From Labilithrix sp. (lineage in GTDB: Bacteria > Myxococcota_A > Polyangia > Polyangiales > Polyangiaceae), in assembly GCA_046351255.1 (NCBI GenBank), contig JAXLYU010000014.1, positions 251,730 to 315,729 of the forward strand: a stretch of 64,000 nucleotides of DNA, written 5' to 3'. The translations under genes were made by a program, and so were the position numbers. This document shows, in pieces, positions 1-9,747 of this stretch; the first letter of the stretch is position 1, and each line of letters begins with the position of its first letter. The notes beneath the pieces were generated by a model, which did no database searches, was not told the DNA's origin, and was given only the letters and a program-made list of their open reading frames with translations.

Positions 1-119
1 TCTCGATGCGCGGACGGTAGCGCGCGGAACACGCGATAGACGGCGCCGGCCTGGGCGCAGAGCTCCCGATCGGCGGCGCTCCCGGAGGCGATCGCGAGAT
101 CGAAGTCCTCTGCGCGATC

Positions 120-1910
120 GTGGCTCGTGAGCTCCTCGAAGCGGTCGAAGAGGCGCTCGCGGACGTCCGCCGCGAGGTCCCGATCGTCCTCGATCGTGTC
201 GACGATCCGGCAGAGGAGATACGCGACGCCGACCGTCTCGCGCAGCGACTCCGGCAGCGCCGCGATCGAGAGCGCGAACGTCCGCGAGACGCGGGGCAAG
301 ACGCTGGCGCAAAATTCGCGTTCGGGCTCGAGGGGCACGGGTCGCCCATGATGCCTCATCGGGCCGTCGTCGTCGGCCCGGAGCTTGCTCCCGGCGCGGG
401 CGTGCATCTGGCGCTCCTCGAAGTCCTGCCCGACGCGCTCTTCGTCGTTCGCGACGAGCGGATCGCCTGGGCGAATGCGGCCGCCCTTCGCCTCCTGGGT
501 GCGAGGCTCGTCGGCCGGCCGCTCGATGACGTGCTCGCCCCCGAGCAGCGCCTGCGCCTCGATCTACAGCTCAAGCAGCGCGCCGACGGATGGCCGCTGC
601 CAGCCACGTTCCGGGTGCGGTTCGTGCACCTGGACAAACCCGATGCCATCGTCGTCGCGGACGTGCGCGTCGGCGCCGACGAGCACGGCCTTCTCCTCAG
701 CGCGCGGGATATCACGGAGCAGACGCGAGCCGAGGCGCTGATGGGCCGCCTGGCGGACGTCGCCGCCAGCGGCGATGCATTACTCGACGCCGAGACCCTG
801 CTCACGGCCGCGAGCCCGGTCTTCCTGGCGCTCGGCTGGGTGGTCGCTTTCACCGAGCTCGTCCCGGGCGGATCGATCACCCGCCGCATCATCGCGGCGG
901 AGGGAGATCCGGTCGGTGAGTACGGCCGCTCGCTCATCGGCGTCGAGATGCCGATGACGAAGACGCCGATCCTCGAGCAGGCGGTCTCGAGCGGGGCGGC
1001 GCTCTTCCTCGACAACGTCCCGAGCCTCCTCGCCGGGATGGTGAGCGGCGCGACCCGGCTCGGCGCGAGCATGGAGCGCGCGCAGGTCATCCGTAGCGTT
1101 TGGTGTCCGATCCGCAACAGCGGGGTCGTGACCCATCACCTCGCCGTGACCGGTCGCGATCTCACCGAGCACGACTTCGTCGCCCTCCAGCTCTTCGCCG
1201 CGCAGCTCGGCGCCGCGCTCCACCTGGCGACGCTGAGGAGCGAGCTCGTCCACAAGGAGCGCCTCGCCGCGGTCGGCGAGATGGCGGCGGTGATGGCGCA
1301 CGAGGTTCGTAATCCGCTCAGCGTCATGTTCAACGCGGTGGCGGGGCTGCGGAAGATGGAGGTCGATGGCCCCCTCCTCGAGATCATCCAGGAGGAGGCC
1401 GAGCGACTGCAGCGACTCGTGACCGATCTCCTCGACTACTCGCGACCGGCAGCCGTGGAGCGGCAGGTCGAGGACGTGGGGACGCTGCTCCGGCACGCGA
1501 TTCGTGCCGCGCAGACCGAGTCGATGGTCGACGAAGGCGCGCATCCGATTCACCTCGACGGACCCGACGAGCCGTTCTCGATCGAGACCGATCCGCGCCT
1601 GCTCCATCGGGCGCTCGTGAACCTCCTCGTCAACGCGCTTCAGAACGTGTCCCCGAACGGACGGGTGTCGATCGCGGCGCGCTCGAAGGACGGTCAGCTC
1701 GAGCTCGTCGTTCACAACGACGGCGGCGTCGTCGATCGCGACCTCGCGGAGCGCATCTTCGAGCCGTTCTTCACGACGCGGCCATCCGGCACGGGTCTTG
1801 GCCTCGCGGTGGTTCGCCGGATCGCGGGTGACCTCGGCGGGGCGGTGAGCCTGGACGTGGCGGTCGAGGATGGCACGAGCTTCGTCCTCCGGCTCCCGCT
1901 CGTCCCGTGA
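120..1910 (+). CDS. Sensor histidine kinase (PAS/GAF sensory region, HisKA, HATPase_c)
   Basis: H-box AAVGEMAAVMAHEVRNPLSV. N-box LVNLLVNALQN. G-boxes HNDGGVVD and GTGLGLAVVRRI. The start is uncertain (GTG at 120; the first ~75 aa are low-complexity and an alternative start near 348 is possible). Confidence 0.85.
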   Translation: MARELLEAVEEALADVRREVPIVLDRVDDPAEEIRDADRLAQRLRQRRDRERERPRDAGQDAGAKFAFGLEGHGSPMMPHRAVVVGPELAPGAGVHLALLEVLPDALFVVRDERIAWANAAALRLLGARLVGRPLDDVLAPEQRLRLDLQLKQRADGWPLPATFRVRFVHLDKPDAIVVADVRVGADEHGLLLSARDITEQTRAEALMGRLADVAASGDALLDAETLLTAASPVFLALGWVVAFTELVPGGSITRRIIAAEGDPVGEYGRSLIGVEMPMTKTPILEQAVSSGAALFLDNVPSLLAGMVSGATRLGASMERAQVIRSVWCPIRNSGVVTHHLAVTGRDLTEHDFVALQLFAAQLGAALHLATLRSELVHKERLAAVGEMAAVMAHEVRNPLSVMFNAVAGLRKMEVDGPLLEIIQEEAERLQRLVTDLLDYSRPAAVERQVEDVGTLLRHAIRAAQTESMVDEGAHPIHLDGPDEPFSIETDPRLLHRALVNLLVNALQNVSPNGRVSIAARSKDGQLELVVHNDGGVVDRDLAERIFEPFFTTRPSGTGLGLAVVRRIAGDLGGAVSLDVAVEDGTSFVLRLPLVP

Positions 1911-1991
1911 CGCAAGCGGCGCAGGCCGGCGCAAGCCCTGCGCACCGGCCCGATTGCGTCCGACCTCGCGCCCGACTACCCGTCGCGGCCG

Positions 1992-2579
1992 ATGAGGACC
2001 CTATCCATTCTTTCGTGTCTGCTGCTCACGGGTGTGCTCGGAGCCGGCTGCGGCCAGAAGGCGACGCCGCCCGAGGCCGATGCCGCGAGCGCGCCGCTGG
2101 TCTCGGCCAGCGCGCCGGTCGCGTCGGCGGCGCCCTCCGCGGCCGCGAGCCATGCCGCGGCACCGGCCGTCTCCGCGGCCTCGTCCGACGGCGCCGCGAA
2201 GGCGGGTGCGTATGACTGGACGGAGGAGGTGACGCTCAGCGGAACGATGACGAAGAAGGAGGTCGAGAGCTCGCGTGGCGGATCGATCCAGACCCCGTTC
2301 CTCGTCCTCGACAAGCCGATCTCCCTGCGCAAAGGCCGGCCCAACACGAACGAGACCGAGGTGAGCGGGGTCCGCGAGATCTGGCTCGGCAACCTCCGTG
2401 ACGACAAGGGGAAGTACGTGAAGGCCGATCCGTTCTACGGGAAGAAGGTCTCCGTCCAGGGGCACTTCCAGACCTCGGACACCGGGCATCATCACTCGCA
2501 CCCCTGGTTCGACGGAAAGCTCGTGAGCGGCGCCGCCGCCGCGGGCGCAAGTGCGGGCGCGGACGCGGGAAAGAAGTGA
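1992..2579 (+). CDS. Hypothetical lipoprotein (Ala-rich linker, His-rich C-terminus)
   Basis: Signal peptide with lipobox LGAGC. Low-complexity A/S-rich segment. No recognisable catalytic motif. Confidence 0.55.
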   Translation: MRTLSILSCLLLTGVLGAGCGQKATPPEADAASAPLVSASAPVASAAPSAAASHAAAPAVSAASSDGAAKAGAYDWTEEVTLSGTMTKKEVESSRGGSIQTPFLVLDKPISLRKGRPNTNETEVSGVREIWLGNLRDDKGKYVKADPFYGKKVSVQGHFQTSDTGHHHSHPWFDGKLVSGAAAAGASAGADAGKK

Positions 2580-2629
2580 CCGCGGAGCGCCGGCTTGCGC
2601 GATCCTCGCGGCACGGTGATCATGAGGTG

Positions 2630-3403
2630 ATGCGGCGCGTCTCCGTCACGCTCGCTCTGGCCGCGATCGGATGTTCCTCGTTCGGCGCGATGGAGACGTC
2701 CACGCGAGACGCGGGCATCGCGGAGGCCGGCGACGGCGGTCTTCTCTCCGATGCCGATGCCGAGGTCGAGTCCGGCGCCGATCCGTCGCCGGAGGGCGGG
2801 ATCGGCCCTGCGAATCGTTGCGGCGCGCTCTATCGGGAGACCTTCGAGAAGGCCTCGTTCGATGCGGGCACGTCGAACGAGCTCACCCTCGTGTCGAACG
2901 ATGGGAGCGGCACGTTCTCGCTCGAGTCGGACAGCTCACGTGGCAACTCGCGCGTCGCGCGCTTCACGGCGAAAGCCGGAGGCCACTCACCGCATCTCTC
3001 CCTCGGCGTCGGCCGGCCCTGCCGGACCCGCGTGCACTTCTGGATGTCGGCGAACGGCGCGCTCACGGGCGACAACGTCCTTCGTGTCTTCGACGCCGCC
3101 ATCCGGCGTCCCGAAGGGGAGGACAACGGCCTCGCGCTCCTCGTGACGTCCCAGGGCGTGCGGCTGGACGGCGCGGGCGCGTCTCAGATGATCCCCGCGT
3201 CGACGAACGGCTGGCACGAGGTCACGATCATCCTCGAGGTCGACGGCCGCTTCAGCCTCCAGTTCGACGCGGAGAGGGTGGATGAGGGGACCGCGGACAG
3301 CCGTACCATCAGGACGCCGCTCATCGGGTTCGACATCGGCATCATGGTGAGCGAGGCGAATGGCGCGTCGGACTTCTCGATTGACGATCTCGAGATCTAC
3401 TGA
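2630..3403 (+). CDS. Hypothetical secreted lipoprotein
   Basis: Internal ATG gives MRRVSVTLALAAIGCSS, a lipoprotein signal. Consistent coding frame. Function unknown. Confidence 0.5.
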   Translation: MRRVSVTLALAAIGCSSFGAMETSTRDAGIAEAGDGGLLSDADAEVESGADPSPEGGIGPANRCGALYRETFEKASFDAGTSNELTLVSNDGSGTFSLESDSSRGNSRVARFTAKAGGHSPHLSLGVGRPCRTRVHFWMSANGALTGDNVLRVFDAAIRRPEGEDNGLALLVTSQGVRLDGAGASQMIPASTNGWHEVTIILEVDGRFSLQFDAERVDEGTADSRTIRTPLIGFDIGIMVSEANGASDFSIDDLEIY

Positions 3404-3418
3404 CGCGCCCGTGCACGC

Positions 3419-4297
3419 CTACTTCGTTCCGGGGACGGCGACGAGCTCATCGATGTTCGGCTGGAGCGTGATCTCGATGCGACGGTTTCGCTGGCGCGCG
3501 GCGTCGTCGGTGTTGGGATTGACGGGATCGAACTCGCCGTAGCCCGCCGCGCTGAGCAGCTCGGGACGCATCCCTTCCTTCACCAGGAAGTGCACCACCT
3601 CGACCGCGCGCCCGTTCGAGAGCTCCCAGTTCGAAGGAAACCGAGGCGTGTGGATGGGCACGCTGTCGGTGTGGCCGGCCACCTGATAGCGCCGCTCGGA
3701 GATGGTCTTCAGCACGCCGGCGATCTGCTTGAGCGCCGTCATACCGGCAGGCTTGATGTCCGTCTTCGCGGTGTCGAAGAGGACGTCGTTCGCGAGCCGG
3801 AGCACCATGCGGCCCTCGCGGAGGACGATCTGGAGCTCGCCGGCGTCGATCATCTTCTGCAGCTTCAGCGCGAGCTGGCGGAAGAGCGCCGCTCGCGCGT
3901 CGGCCGCGGCCTGCGCCCTCCGCAGCTCCTCGAGGCGCGCCTTCGCCTCCTCGAGCGCGCTCGAGAGGAGCCCCTTCTCCTGGAGGAGCTTGTCCGCGTT
4001 CTTGCCGAGGCTCTCGAGCTCCTTGCGGAGCTGCGCGTCCTCCGCCGTCGCGCCGTCGAGCCGTCGCTGGAGCTCCTTCGCGTCGCCCTTCGCCGACGCG
4101 AGCTCCTGATCGCGCGCCGCGAGCTTCGCCGCGAGCTCCTTCGTGGCCGCGTTCAGCTCCGCGATGGTCGCGTCGCGCGCCGCGATTGACTTCGTCGAGC
4201 GGGCGACTGCCTCGTCGTACTTGCCCTGGGGGACGCACGCGCCGAGCAGGAGGAGGAGCGTGAGAGCGGCTTTCGAGAGGGAGCGCATGGCGAGCAC
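3419..4297 (-). CDS. OmpA/MotB-domain lipoprotein with N-terminal coiled coil
   Basis: Lipobox LLGAC. Coiled-coil, E/K/A-rich N-terminal half. C-terminal OmpA-like peptidoglycan-binding motifs (YQVAGHTDSVP...NRRIEITL). Confidence 0.85.
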   Translation of the reverse strand: MLAMRSLSKAALTLLLLLGACVPQGKYDEAVARSTKSIAARDATIAELNAATKELAAKLAARDQELASAKGDAKELQRRLDGATAEDAQLRKELESLGKNADKLLQEKGLLSSALEEAKARLEELRRAQAAADARAALFRQLALKLQKMIDAGELQIVLREGRMVLRLANDVLFDTAKTDIKPAGMTALKQIAGVLKTISERRYQVAGHTDSVPIHTPRFPSNWELSNGRAVEVVHFLVKEGMRPELLSAAGYGEFDPVNPNTDDAARQRNRRIEITLQPNIDELVAVPGTK

Positions 4298-4361
4298 GGA
4301 TGCAGGTTCGATGCCGCCGCGCCCCGGTCGAGGTATACCGTCGCGCGTGAACGAAGCGCCG

Positions 4362-5258
4362 ATGTCGCGACCGCGCGCGCATGCGCTCCTTCACTTCACG
4401 GTGCTCCTGTGGGGGACGACGGCGATCCTCGGCAAGAGCATCCACATCGCGGCGCTCCCGCTCGTGTTCTAGCGGGTCGTCCTCGTCACCGCGCTCATGG
4501 CCGGCGTCCTCGTCGCGCGGAAGGTGCCCTTCCGGGTGCCGCGCGCCCGGCTCGCGGAGCTCGGGGCGGCGGGGGTCCTCGTCGCGCTCCACTGGGTGCT
4601 CTTCTACGGCACGATCAAGCGCGCGGGCGTCACCGTCGCCGTGCTCTGCCTCTCGACGATCACGTTCTTCACCGCGCTCCTCGAGCCGCTCGTGTTCCGG
4701 CGTCGCGTTCGGCGGCACGAGCTGGCGCTCGGAGCGCTCGTGGTCGTCGGTGTGGTGCTGCTCCTTCGCCTCGAGGCCCACGCCGACACGACCGGCTACG
4801 CGATGGGGCTCGGGTCGGCCTTCTTCTCCGCCGCGTTCGGGACCTGGAACGGCAGCCTCGTCGCTCGCGAGCGGGCCGAGCGCGTGACGCTCTACGAGCT
4901 CGGCGCGGCCGCGGTCGCGTGCGGGGTGGCGTTCCCCCTGCTCGGAGGATTCGTCGCGCCGTGGGAGATCGACGCCCACGACTGGGCGCTCGTCTCGGTG
5001 CTCGCGGTCGCCTGCACGCTCCTGCCGTGGCTCTGGTCGCTCCGCGTGCTGAAGACGTTGTCTCCGTACACGGTCGCGATCTCGGTCTCGCTCGAGCCCG
5101 TCTACAGCATCGCTTTCGCCTATGCGCTCTGGCCGGCGGAGGAGCGCCTCCACCCGCGTTTCTACGCGGGCGCGAGCCTGCTCGTCGCGCTCATCGTCGC
5201 GAACGGAGCGCGGAAGGGCAGCGCCACGCCGGACCCCGTCGCGAGCTCGGGTCAGTAG
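4362..5258 (+). pseudogene. EamA/DMT-family transporter interrupted by an in-frame TAG at 4470-4472
   Basis: Track ORFs 4143..4472 and 4497..5258 are in the same frame, separated by a single stop. The N-terminal piece (LLHFTVLLWGTTAILGKS...ALPLVF*) and the C-terminal piece (RVVLVTAL...) together give a ~298-aa, 10-TM EamA-like protein. The stop sits where EamA proteins usually have Trp, so TGG->TAG is likely. Confidence 0.7.
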
Positions 5259-6463
5259 GTCTCGATGTGCAGGCGGCCTCCGCGCAGCATGTCCTGGCGG
5301 AGCGCGGCCCAGCGATCCGGGCCGCAGATGTCGCGGAACGCGTCGAGCACGCCCGCCTCCATCCGCTTGTGGCCGCAGACGTAGACGAAGGTGTCCTCGT
5401 CGCGGAGCCACTCCTCGACCTCCGCCCCGCGCGCGCGGATCCGGTCCTGCACGTACACCTTCGCCTGATCGGGGGCGCGAGAGAACGCGAGCTCGACATC
5501 GATGAGCTCGCGCGGAAGCTTCATGAGCGGGCCGAAGTACGGCAGCTCCTCTTTTCGCCGTGCGCCGAAGAAGAGGAGGATGCGCCCGCCCTCGCGGAGC
5601 GCTAGCCGCCGGCGCCGGCGCTCGGTCATCGCGCGCATCGGCGCGGACCCGGTGCCGGTGCACACCATCAGGAGCCGCGCGCCAGGGTGGTTCGGCATGA
5701 GGAAGCTCGTGCCCCACGGCCCCGTGAGCTCCACGCGATCGCCGCGCTGGAGATCGCAGAGGTAGCTCGACGCGACGCCTTTCACGGGGCGGCCCTCGTG
5801 ATCCGTCGTCACGCGCTTCACCGTGAGCGCGAGGTTGTTGTGGTTCGGACGCTCGCCGTTGCGCGGGCTCGCGACGGAGTAGAGGCGAACGTGATGCGGG
5901 CGCCCGTCCGCGTCCACCCCAGGCGGGATCACGCCCACGCTCTGCCCTTCGAGCACGGGGAGGGCGGTCCGGCCGAGGTCGAGCACGATATGCCGGATAT
6001 CCGCCTCCGAGTCGTCGCTCGTCAGCCGGTGATTGCCGGCCACGGTGGCGATGGCGGGACGCTCGCGTCCGTAGAGCCCGACGTACGGATGCGCGGCGGA
6101 CCACGGCGGAGGGACGCGCCCGCCTTCGGCGCGACCGGCCTCCTCGACCAGCGCCGCGATGTCGGCCGGTACCGCCGCCGAGGTCCCGCCCGCGTCCGCC
6201 GGCGGCTGGACGATCTCGGGAATGGAGTCCCACAAAAGCTGCGCCTCGCGTGACCACGGTGCCGGCACGTCACGCCACGTATCGATCGCGCCCGTGGGGC
6301 ACGGCGGGAGACAGTCACCGCAGGCGTTGCACTTCTCGAAATCGACGACGTAATTGCGCCGATCGTGCGTGATCGCCTTTGGCTTGCAGGTCTCCTCGCA
6401 CGTGTTGCACCGGATGCAGATCTCGGGATCGATGAGGTGCTGGCGAAAGAGCGTCGCGGCCAT
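5252..6463 (-). CDS. boxA: Benzoyl-CoA 2,3-epoxidase reductase component BoxA (2x[4Fe-4S] ferredoxin plus FNR-like domain)
   Basis: [11 protein letters not shown] and [12 protein letters not shown] cluster motifs. FNR-type RLYSVAS FAD motif and [13 protein letters not shown](P) motif. The start ATG overlaps the boxB stop (TGATG). Confidence 0.85.
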   Translation of the reverse strand: MAATLFRQHLIDPEICIRCNTCEETCKPKAITHDRRNYVVDFEKCNACGDCLPPCPTGAIDTWRDVPAPWSREAQLLWDSIPEIVQPPADAGGTSAAVPADIAALVEEAGRAEGGRVPPPWSAAHPYVGLYGRERPAIATVAGNHRLTSDDSEADIRHIVLDLGRTALPVLEGQSVGVIPPGVDADGRPHHVRLYSVASPRNGERPNHNNLALTVKRVTTDHEGRPVKGVASSYLCDLQRGDRVELTGPWGTSFLMPNHPGARLLMVCTGTGSAPMRAMTERRRRRLALREGGRILLFFGARRKEELPYFGPLMKLPRELIDVELAFSRAPDQAKVYVQDRIRARGAEVEEWLRDEDTFVYVCGHKRMEAGVLDAFRDICGPDRWAALRQDMLRGGRLHIETY

Positions 6464-7887
6464 CAGTGAAAGCGCACGTACTCGAAATTCTCGGGGCGCG
6501 CGTCGATGCCACGCGCCGGCGGGGCGATCCAGTGCGCGTATTTCCCCGGCTCCGCCACGCGGCCCATGATGGCGGTGAGGAACGCGTGGTCCTCGTCCGT
6601 GGGGAGATACTCGCGCTCCTTGGCCTTCCACGCCGCCTCGGTCGTGACCTCGCCCTCGGGGGTGATGAACGCCTTTGCGAAGTTGCCAATCTTGCGGTGA
6701 AAGCTCTTGTGGGGGAGCCGGAGCTTGGTAGCGATACCCGCCTTCGCGAGGACGCGATTCCAGCGATCGACGCCCGCCTGACAGTCGGTGATGTAGTCGT
6801 CGCGGAGGCGCTCGTTCAAGGCGAGGATCGCGCTCTCCGGCCGGCTCACGATGCGCTGGCCGTCGAGATATGGCACTTCGTAATGAGCATTCGACAGGAC
6901 GTGATCGTCGGTGATGGAGGGCTCCTCGAAGCGGCCCTTGAGGCCCATCGAGAAGAAGGTCGACGCGTTGGACGAGATCTCCGAGCCGTAGAGGTCGAGC
7001 GTCACGCTGAAGTGGAAATCGAGATAGCGCTGGATGGTCGGCAGATCGATCGCGCCCGCGGCGCGGATCTTCGCGGGGTCCTCCGTCTTCTCCTGCTTCA
7101 TCACCTCCGCCGTGCGCTGGAGGATCCGGGCGATGCCGCTCTCGCCGACGAAGAGGTGATGGGCCTCCTCCGTGAGCATGAAGCGCGTCGACCGTGCGAG
7201 CGGATCGAAGCCGCTCTCCGCGAGCGCCGCGAGCTGGTACTTGCCGTCGCGGTCGGTCAGGAACGTGAACATGAAGAAGGAGAGCCAGTCTGGCGTCTTC
7301 TCGTTGAACGCACCGAGGATGCGCGGCTTCTCCGCGTCACCGGAGCGGCGCTGGAGCATCTCGTCGGCCTCTTCGCGCCCGTCGCGGCCGAAGTAGGCGT
7401 GGAGCAGGTAGACCATCGCCCAGAGGTGGCGGCCCTCCTCGACGTTCACCTGATAGAGGTTCCGGAGATCGTAGAGAGACGGGCAGGTCGCGCCGAGGTG
7501 GCGCTGCTGCTCGACGCTCGCGGGCTCCGTGTCGCCCTGCGTGACGATGATGCGCCGGAGATGCGTGCGGTACTCGCCGGGGACCTCGTTCCACACGTCC
7601 TCGCCCTTGTGCCGGCCGAACGCGTGCTTCCGTCCCGGCTCGGGCGGCGTGAGGAAGATGCCCCAGCGATAGTCGGGCATCTTCACGTAGTCGAAGTGCG
7701 CCCAGCCCTTCGGGTCGACGCTGACGGCGGTGCGGAGATACACGTCGTACGCGACGCTCCCCTCGGGCCCCATCTCCTTCCACCAATCGAGGTAGCGCGG
7801 CTGCCAGTGCTCGAGCGCACGCTGCAGTGTCTTGTTGGAGCCGAGGTCGACGTTGTTGGGGATTTTGCTCGCGTAGTCGATGCCCAT
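6463..7887 (-). CDS. boxB: Benzoyl-CoA 2,3-epoxidase oxygenase component BoxB (di-iron)
   Basis: N-terminus [43 protein letters not shown] matches the BoxB N-terminal signature. ~474 aa. Translationally coupled to boxA. Confidence 0.85.
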   Translation of the reverse strand: MGIDYASKIPNNVDLGSNKTLQRALEHWQPRYLDWWKEMGPEGSVAYDVYLRTAVSVDPKGWAHFDYVKMPDYRWGIFLTPPEPGRKHAFGRHKGEDVWNEVPGEYRTHLRRIIVTQGDTEPASVEQQRHLGATCPSLYDLRNLYQVNVEEGRHLWAMVYLLHAYFGRDGREEADEMLQRRSGDAEKPRILGAFNEKTPDWLSFFMFTFLTDRDGKYQLAALAESGFDPLARSTRFMLTEEAHHLFVGESGIARILQRTAEVMKQEKTEDPAKIRAAGAIDLPTIQRYLDFHFSVTLDLYGSEISSNASTFFSMGLKGRFEEPSITDDHVLSNAHYEVPYLDGQRIVSRPESAILALNERLRDDYITDCQAGVDRWNRVLAKAGIATKLRLPHKSFHRKIGNFAKAFITPEGEVTTEAAWKAKEREYLPTDEDHAFLTAIMGRVAEPGKYAHWIAPPARGIDARPENFEYVRFH

Positions 7888-7994
7888 CGGCGGGCGGCAA
7901 GCAACTTGCGTACTCGCCCGCCAAAACGCACAACGACGCTCGCGCCGTGGCGCAACCCTTGCGCGGACGTGCAAAGGCGGCGCTCGCGACTAAG

Positions 7995-9347
7995 ATGAGG
8001 GCGTCGATGGCCGCGAAGAAGCTCGGGCCCAGCCTCACCGCCGCCGCTCGCGCGGCGTTCACCGCCATCAAGGCGGACGCGCCGAAGGATCGGTTCTACT
8101 TCTACGCCCTCTACACGACCGAGAACGGCAGCTACGTCGGTGCCACCGCGTGGTCCGAGGAGGCGCTCGCGCGGGTCGTGAAGGCGAGCGCCTCGAGCGG
8201 CAAGCGCACGCCCGAAGAGCTGGCTCGCGCGCTCCGCTTCTCGGCGCCAGACTCCCCATTCCACGACACCCACGACGAGCCTTTCGCCGGTCTCGCGCCG
8301 GGCAAGAAGCTGCATGACGCATGTTTCGATACGATGCGCGAGCTCGACTTCGAGGGTTTCTTCGGGAGCGGCGCGCCGCGGTCGAAGGTGCTCATCAACG
8401 TCGTCTACGGGGACATGAGCGACGAGCGCTGGCTCGAGCATGCGAACCGCCTCAACTCTCGGGCCGCGATCGCGCGCGTGATGCCCTATCTGCGCCTCCA
8501 TCGCCCGACGGGGAAGGTCGAGGCGTGGGGCGCCAAGGCCTATCAGGTCAATGCGCTCTCGCTCTCGGCCGATCGCTCGCGCGTCGCGTACTCCGGATCC
8601 GGCGGCGAAGTTGGCATTCTCGAGACGGCCACGCGAATACCGATTTACGAAGGAAAGCGTGCCGGCGAGCACTGGGCGTGCGCGCTCGATCCGGACGGAG
8701 CACGGCTCTTTCTCGGTGATCGCGACGCCATCGTCGTCCTCGATCCGAGGAGCCCGAATACCCCTCCCGTCCGGTTTGCGAGGATGGGGAAGCCCTCGGC
8801 CCTCGCCATCACGGACGCCCACCTCGCCGCCTCCTCGTGGAGCGCGGCCCTCCGCGTCTTCGACAAGGCGGACGGGAAGAAGCTCTGGGAGGACGGCTCC
8901 TTTCGTAGAGCGGCCATCGCCTTCTCCCCAGACGGCGCGTGGCTGGCGGCGGCGGACGACTCCAAGGTGGCGTGCTTCGAGAGCGCGACGGGCGCGCTCC
9001 GCTGGTCGGGCGCGCACGAGGGCACCGATCGGCACGGGCTCGCGTGGGCGAGCGACGAGCGGCTCGTCGCAGGCGGCGACCTCCTCGCCGCGACCACCGG
9101 CAAGCGCCTCCGCGCGCTCTCCTGGTCGGGCCCCATCGGCGCCGTCGCCGTCTCGCCCGGCGGAGATCGCCTGGCGCTGACCTCCAAGGAGGTGCTCGTC
9201 GTCCTCGACGAGGACGGCCGCGAGCTCGCGCGCGGGACGGGCACGCAAGAGCAGCTCATCGCCTGCGCCTTCCTCGACGACGCGACCGCCGTCGCGGCCG
9301 GTCGCGACGTGAACCGCGGCCCGGCGCTCGTCACGCTCCGCGTCTGA
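7995..9347 (+). CDS. Uncharacterised N-terminal domain fused to a WD40/PQQ-like beta-propeller
   Basis: Repeated ...SPDGxxLAxxxDxxVxxxDxxTG... blades in the C-terminal half. Divergently arranged from boxB. The ATG at 7995 was chosen over the track's longer extension. Confidence 0.65.
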   Translation: MRASMAAKKLGPSLTAAARAAFTAIKADAPKDRFYFYALYTTENGSYVGATAWSEEALARVVKASASSGKRTPEELARALRFSAPDSPFHDTHDEPFAGLAPGKKLHDACFDTMRELDFEGFFGSGAPRSKVLINVVYGDMSDERWLEHANRLNSRAAIARVMPYLRLHRPTGKVEAWGAKAYQVNALSLSADRSRVAYSGSGGEVGILETATRIPIYEGKRAGEHWACALDPDGARLFLGDRDAIVVLDPRSPNTPPVRFARMGKPSALAITDAHLAASSWSAALRVFDKADGKKLWEDGSFRRAAIAFSPDGAWLAAADDSKVACFESATGALRWSGAHEGTDRHGLAWASDERLVAGGDLLAATTGKRLRALSWSGPIGAVAVSPGGDRLALTSKEVLVVLDEDGRELARGTGTQEQLIACAFLDDATAVAAGRDVNRGPALVTLRV

Positions 9348-9448
9348 CCACCCGCGGCGCCGGCCGCTGGTACGCCTAACTCACGCGAGGGGGGCGGCTC
9401 GAGTTGGACGTCGCCACGACACGATGAGGCGAATTTCGTTTCGAAAGC

Positions 9449-9473
9449 GGCTGGGCTGGGCTGGGCTGGGCTG
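9449..9473. repeat. Pentanucleotide microsatellite (GGCTG)x5
   Basis: Read directly: ggctgggctgggctgggctgggctg. It lies in a lower-GC non-coding stretch between the WD40 gene and the transposase remnant. Confidence 0.9.
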
Positions 9474-9747
9474 ATTGGACCGGGTGCGAGTGAGGCTCGT
9501 GCGAGCTTCACTCCGATAAGGTGCCCCAGTACAAGTGGTGCTTCCGGGACAACGCTAACGTATCTGTTCAGTAGCGTCGAAACCGTACAGCAGCTTCGAT
9601 GCACGCCAAGTCCTGGCTATGTGTGCCCGCGCTACTCCAATACGCTGAACTCCTCGCGCCGCTTGCTCACGAACAGGTACGTGCAAGAGAGTTGGCTTTA
9701 ACCTGAACTCGTTTGGGTGCGGCTCCCATGGAACGCATCGATTCTCG

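Noticed and set aside
120-347. N-terminal ~75 residues of the histidine kinase ORF
   Set aside because: Low-complexity R/E/D-rich segment ahead of the PAS region. It may be a 5' over-extension (GTG start) rather than real coding sequence. The feature is kept, with the start flagged as uncertain.
3447-6257. 936-aa minus-strand ORF spanning the OmpA, EamA and boxA region
   Set aside because: Arg/Ala/Gly-rich translation typical of an out-of-frame high-GC read. It overlaps well-supported genes on both strands and has no motifs.
9361-9747. Possible tRNA or small RNA in the lower-GC gap
   Set aside because: No cloverleaf-compatible acceptor or T-arm (GTTC-type) arrangement could be found by eye. 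Kept only as a low-interest finding.
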